A stretch of 63,158 bases of DNA, counting the filler, from Chiloscyllium plagiosum (Eukaryota): the NCBI RefSeq assembly GCF_004010195.1. It is 6 parts of one record of this genome, joined end to end, with 100 filler letters (N's around TTAATTAATTAA, not from the genome) between each part and the next. Parts side by side here need not be neighbours in the genome. Positions count along the whole stretch, not along the records: positions 53,225 to 63,158 come from NC_057710.1; 5 more parts are not named here. One strand, 5' to 3'. Shown piece after piece: positions 62,026 to 63,158 of the stretch (position 1 is its first letter; each line of letters begins with the position of its first letter). The notes beneath the pieces were generated by a model. That model was not told the DNA's origin and searched no databases. It saw only the letters and a list, made by a program, of their open reading frames with translations. A program made the position numbers and the translations under genes.

Positions 62026-63158
62026 ATAGAACATAGAACAGTACAACACAGAACAGAGGTAAAAACAATGACTGCAGATGCTGGAAATCAGATTCTGGAT
62101 TAGTGGTGCTGGAAGAGCACAGCAGTTCAGGCAGCATCGAAGGAGCAGCGAAATTGACGTTTCGGGCAAAAGCCCTTCATTCCTGATGAAGGGGCCTTTG
62201 CCCAAAACGTCGATTTTGCTGCTCCTTGGATGCTGCGTGAACTGCTGTGCTCTTCCAGCACCACGAATCCAGCACAGAACAGTACCTTCAGCCCATGATG
62301 TTGTGCCGACCACTGATCCTCATGTATGCACCCTCAAATTTCTGTGACCATATGTATGTCCAGGAGTCTCTTAAATGTCCCCAATGACCTTGCTTCCACA
62401 ACAGCTGCTGGCAACGCATTCCATGCTCTCACAACTCTCTGTGTAAAGAACCCGCCTCTGACATCCCCTCTATACTTTCCTCCAACCAGCTTAAAACTAT
62501 GACCCCTCGTGTTAGTCATTTCTGCCCTGGGAAATAGTCTCTGGCTATCGACTCTATCTATGCCTCTCATTACCTTGTATACCTCAATTAGGTCACCTCT
62601 CCTCCTCCTTTTCTCCAATGAAAAAAGTCCGAGCTCAGTCAACCTCTCCTCATAAGATAAGCCCTCCAGTCCAGGCAGCATCCTGGTAAACCTCCTCTGA
62701 ACCCTCTCCAAAGCATCCACATCTTTCCTATAATAGGGCGACCAGAACTGGACGCAGTATTCCAAGTGCGGTCTAACCAAAGTTTTATAGAGCCGCAACA
62801 AGATCTCATGACTCGTAAACACAATCCCCCTGTTAATGAAAGCCAAAACACCACATGCTTTCTTAACAACCCTGTCCACTTGGGTGGCCATTTTAAGGGA
62901 TCTATGTACCTGCACACCAAGATCCCTCTGTTCCTACATGCTGCCAAGAATTCTAACCTTAATCCTATACTCAGTTTTCAAATCGACCTTCCAAAATGCA
63001 TCACGTCGCATTTATCCAGGTTGAACTCCATCTGCCACCTCTCAGCCCATCTCTGCATCCTGTCAATGTCCCGCTGCAGCCTACAACAGCCCTCTATACT
63101 GTCAACAACACCTCCAACCTTTGTGTCATCTGCAAACATGCTGACCCATCCTTCAATC
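62026..63158 (-). mobile_element. Young CR1 LINE 3' region
   Basis: Open 193-aa ORF 62334-62915; ATAGAAC tail. Confidence 0.95.
62057..62270. mobile_element. Palindromic PLE-terminus element inserted in a CR1 tail
   Basis: Inverted arms about 62180; TSD-like cacagaacag on both sides. Confidence 0.85.

Overview
Vertebrate genomic DNA, very probably from a cartilaginous fish. This is inferred from HE1-type SINEs with (CTAAT)n tails and dense CR1 and Penelope-like repeats. Most of the window is nested, decayed transposable elements: CR1 LINEs, Penelope-like elements (PLEs), one L1, an ERV remnant, two solo LTRs, a Gypsy fragment and a Tigger-like MITE. There are eight assembly gaps. The repeats lie around and between five + strand exons (642 nt over 17.9-37.4 kb) of an ADAM metalloprotease of the ADAM12/15/19/33 group, best guess ADAM15-like. 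The ORF track does not resolve these exons as a gene. Main observations: (1) the zinc motif reads HEMGHNFQMRHD, with the near-invariant Gly replaced by Gln, and one expected exon is not visible; (2) many short PLE-derived insertions carry minimal hammerhead-ribozyme cores with covarying stem II, and they often occur as TSD-flanked palindromes whose inversion or truncation points fall at the ribozyme hairpin; (3) an ERV remnant has a tRNA-Ser-like PBS, a myristoylation-type Gag start and two zinc knuckles; (4) there are several local tandem and inverted duplications. All calls were made by eye, and TE boundaries are approximate.
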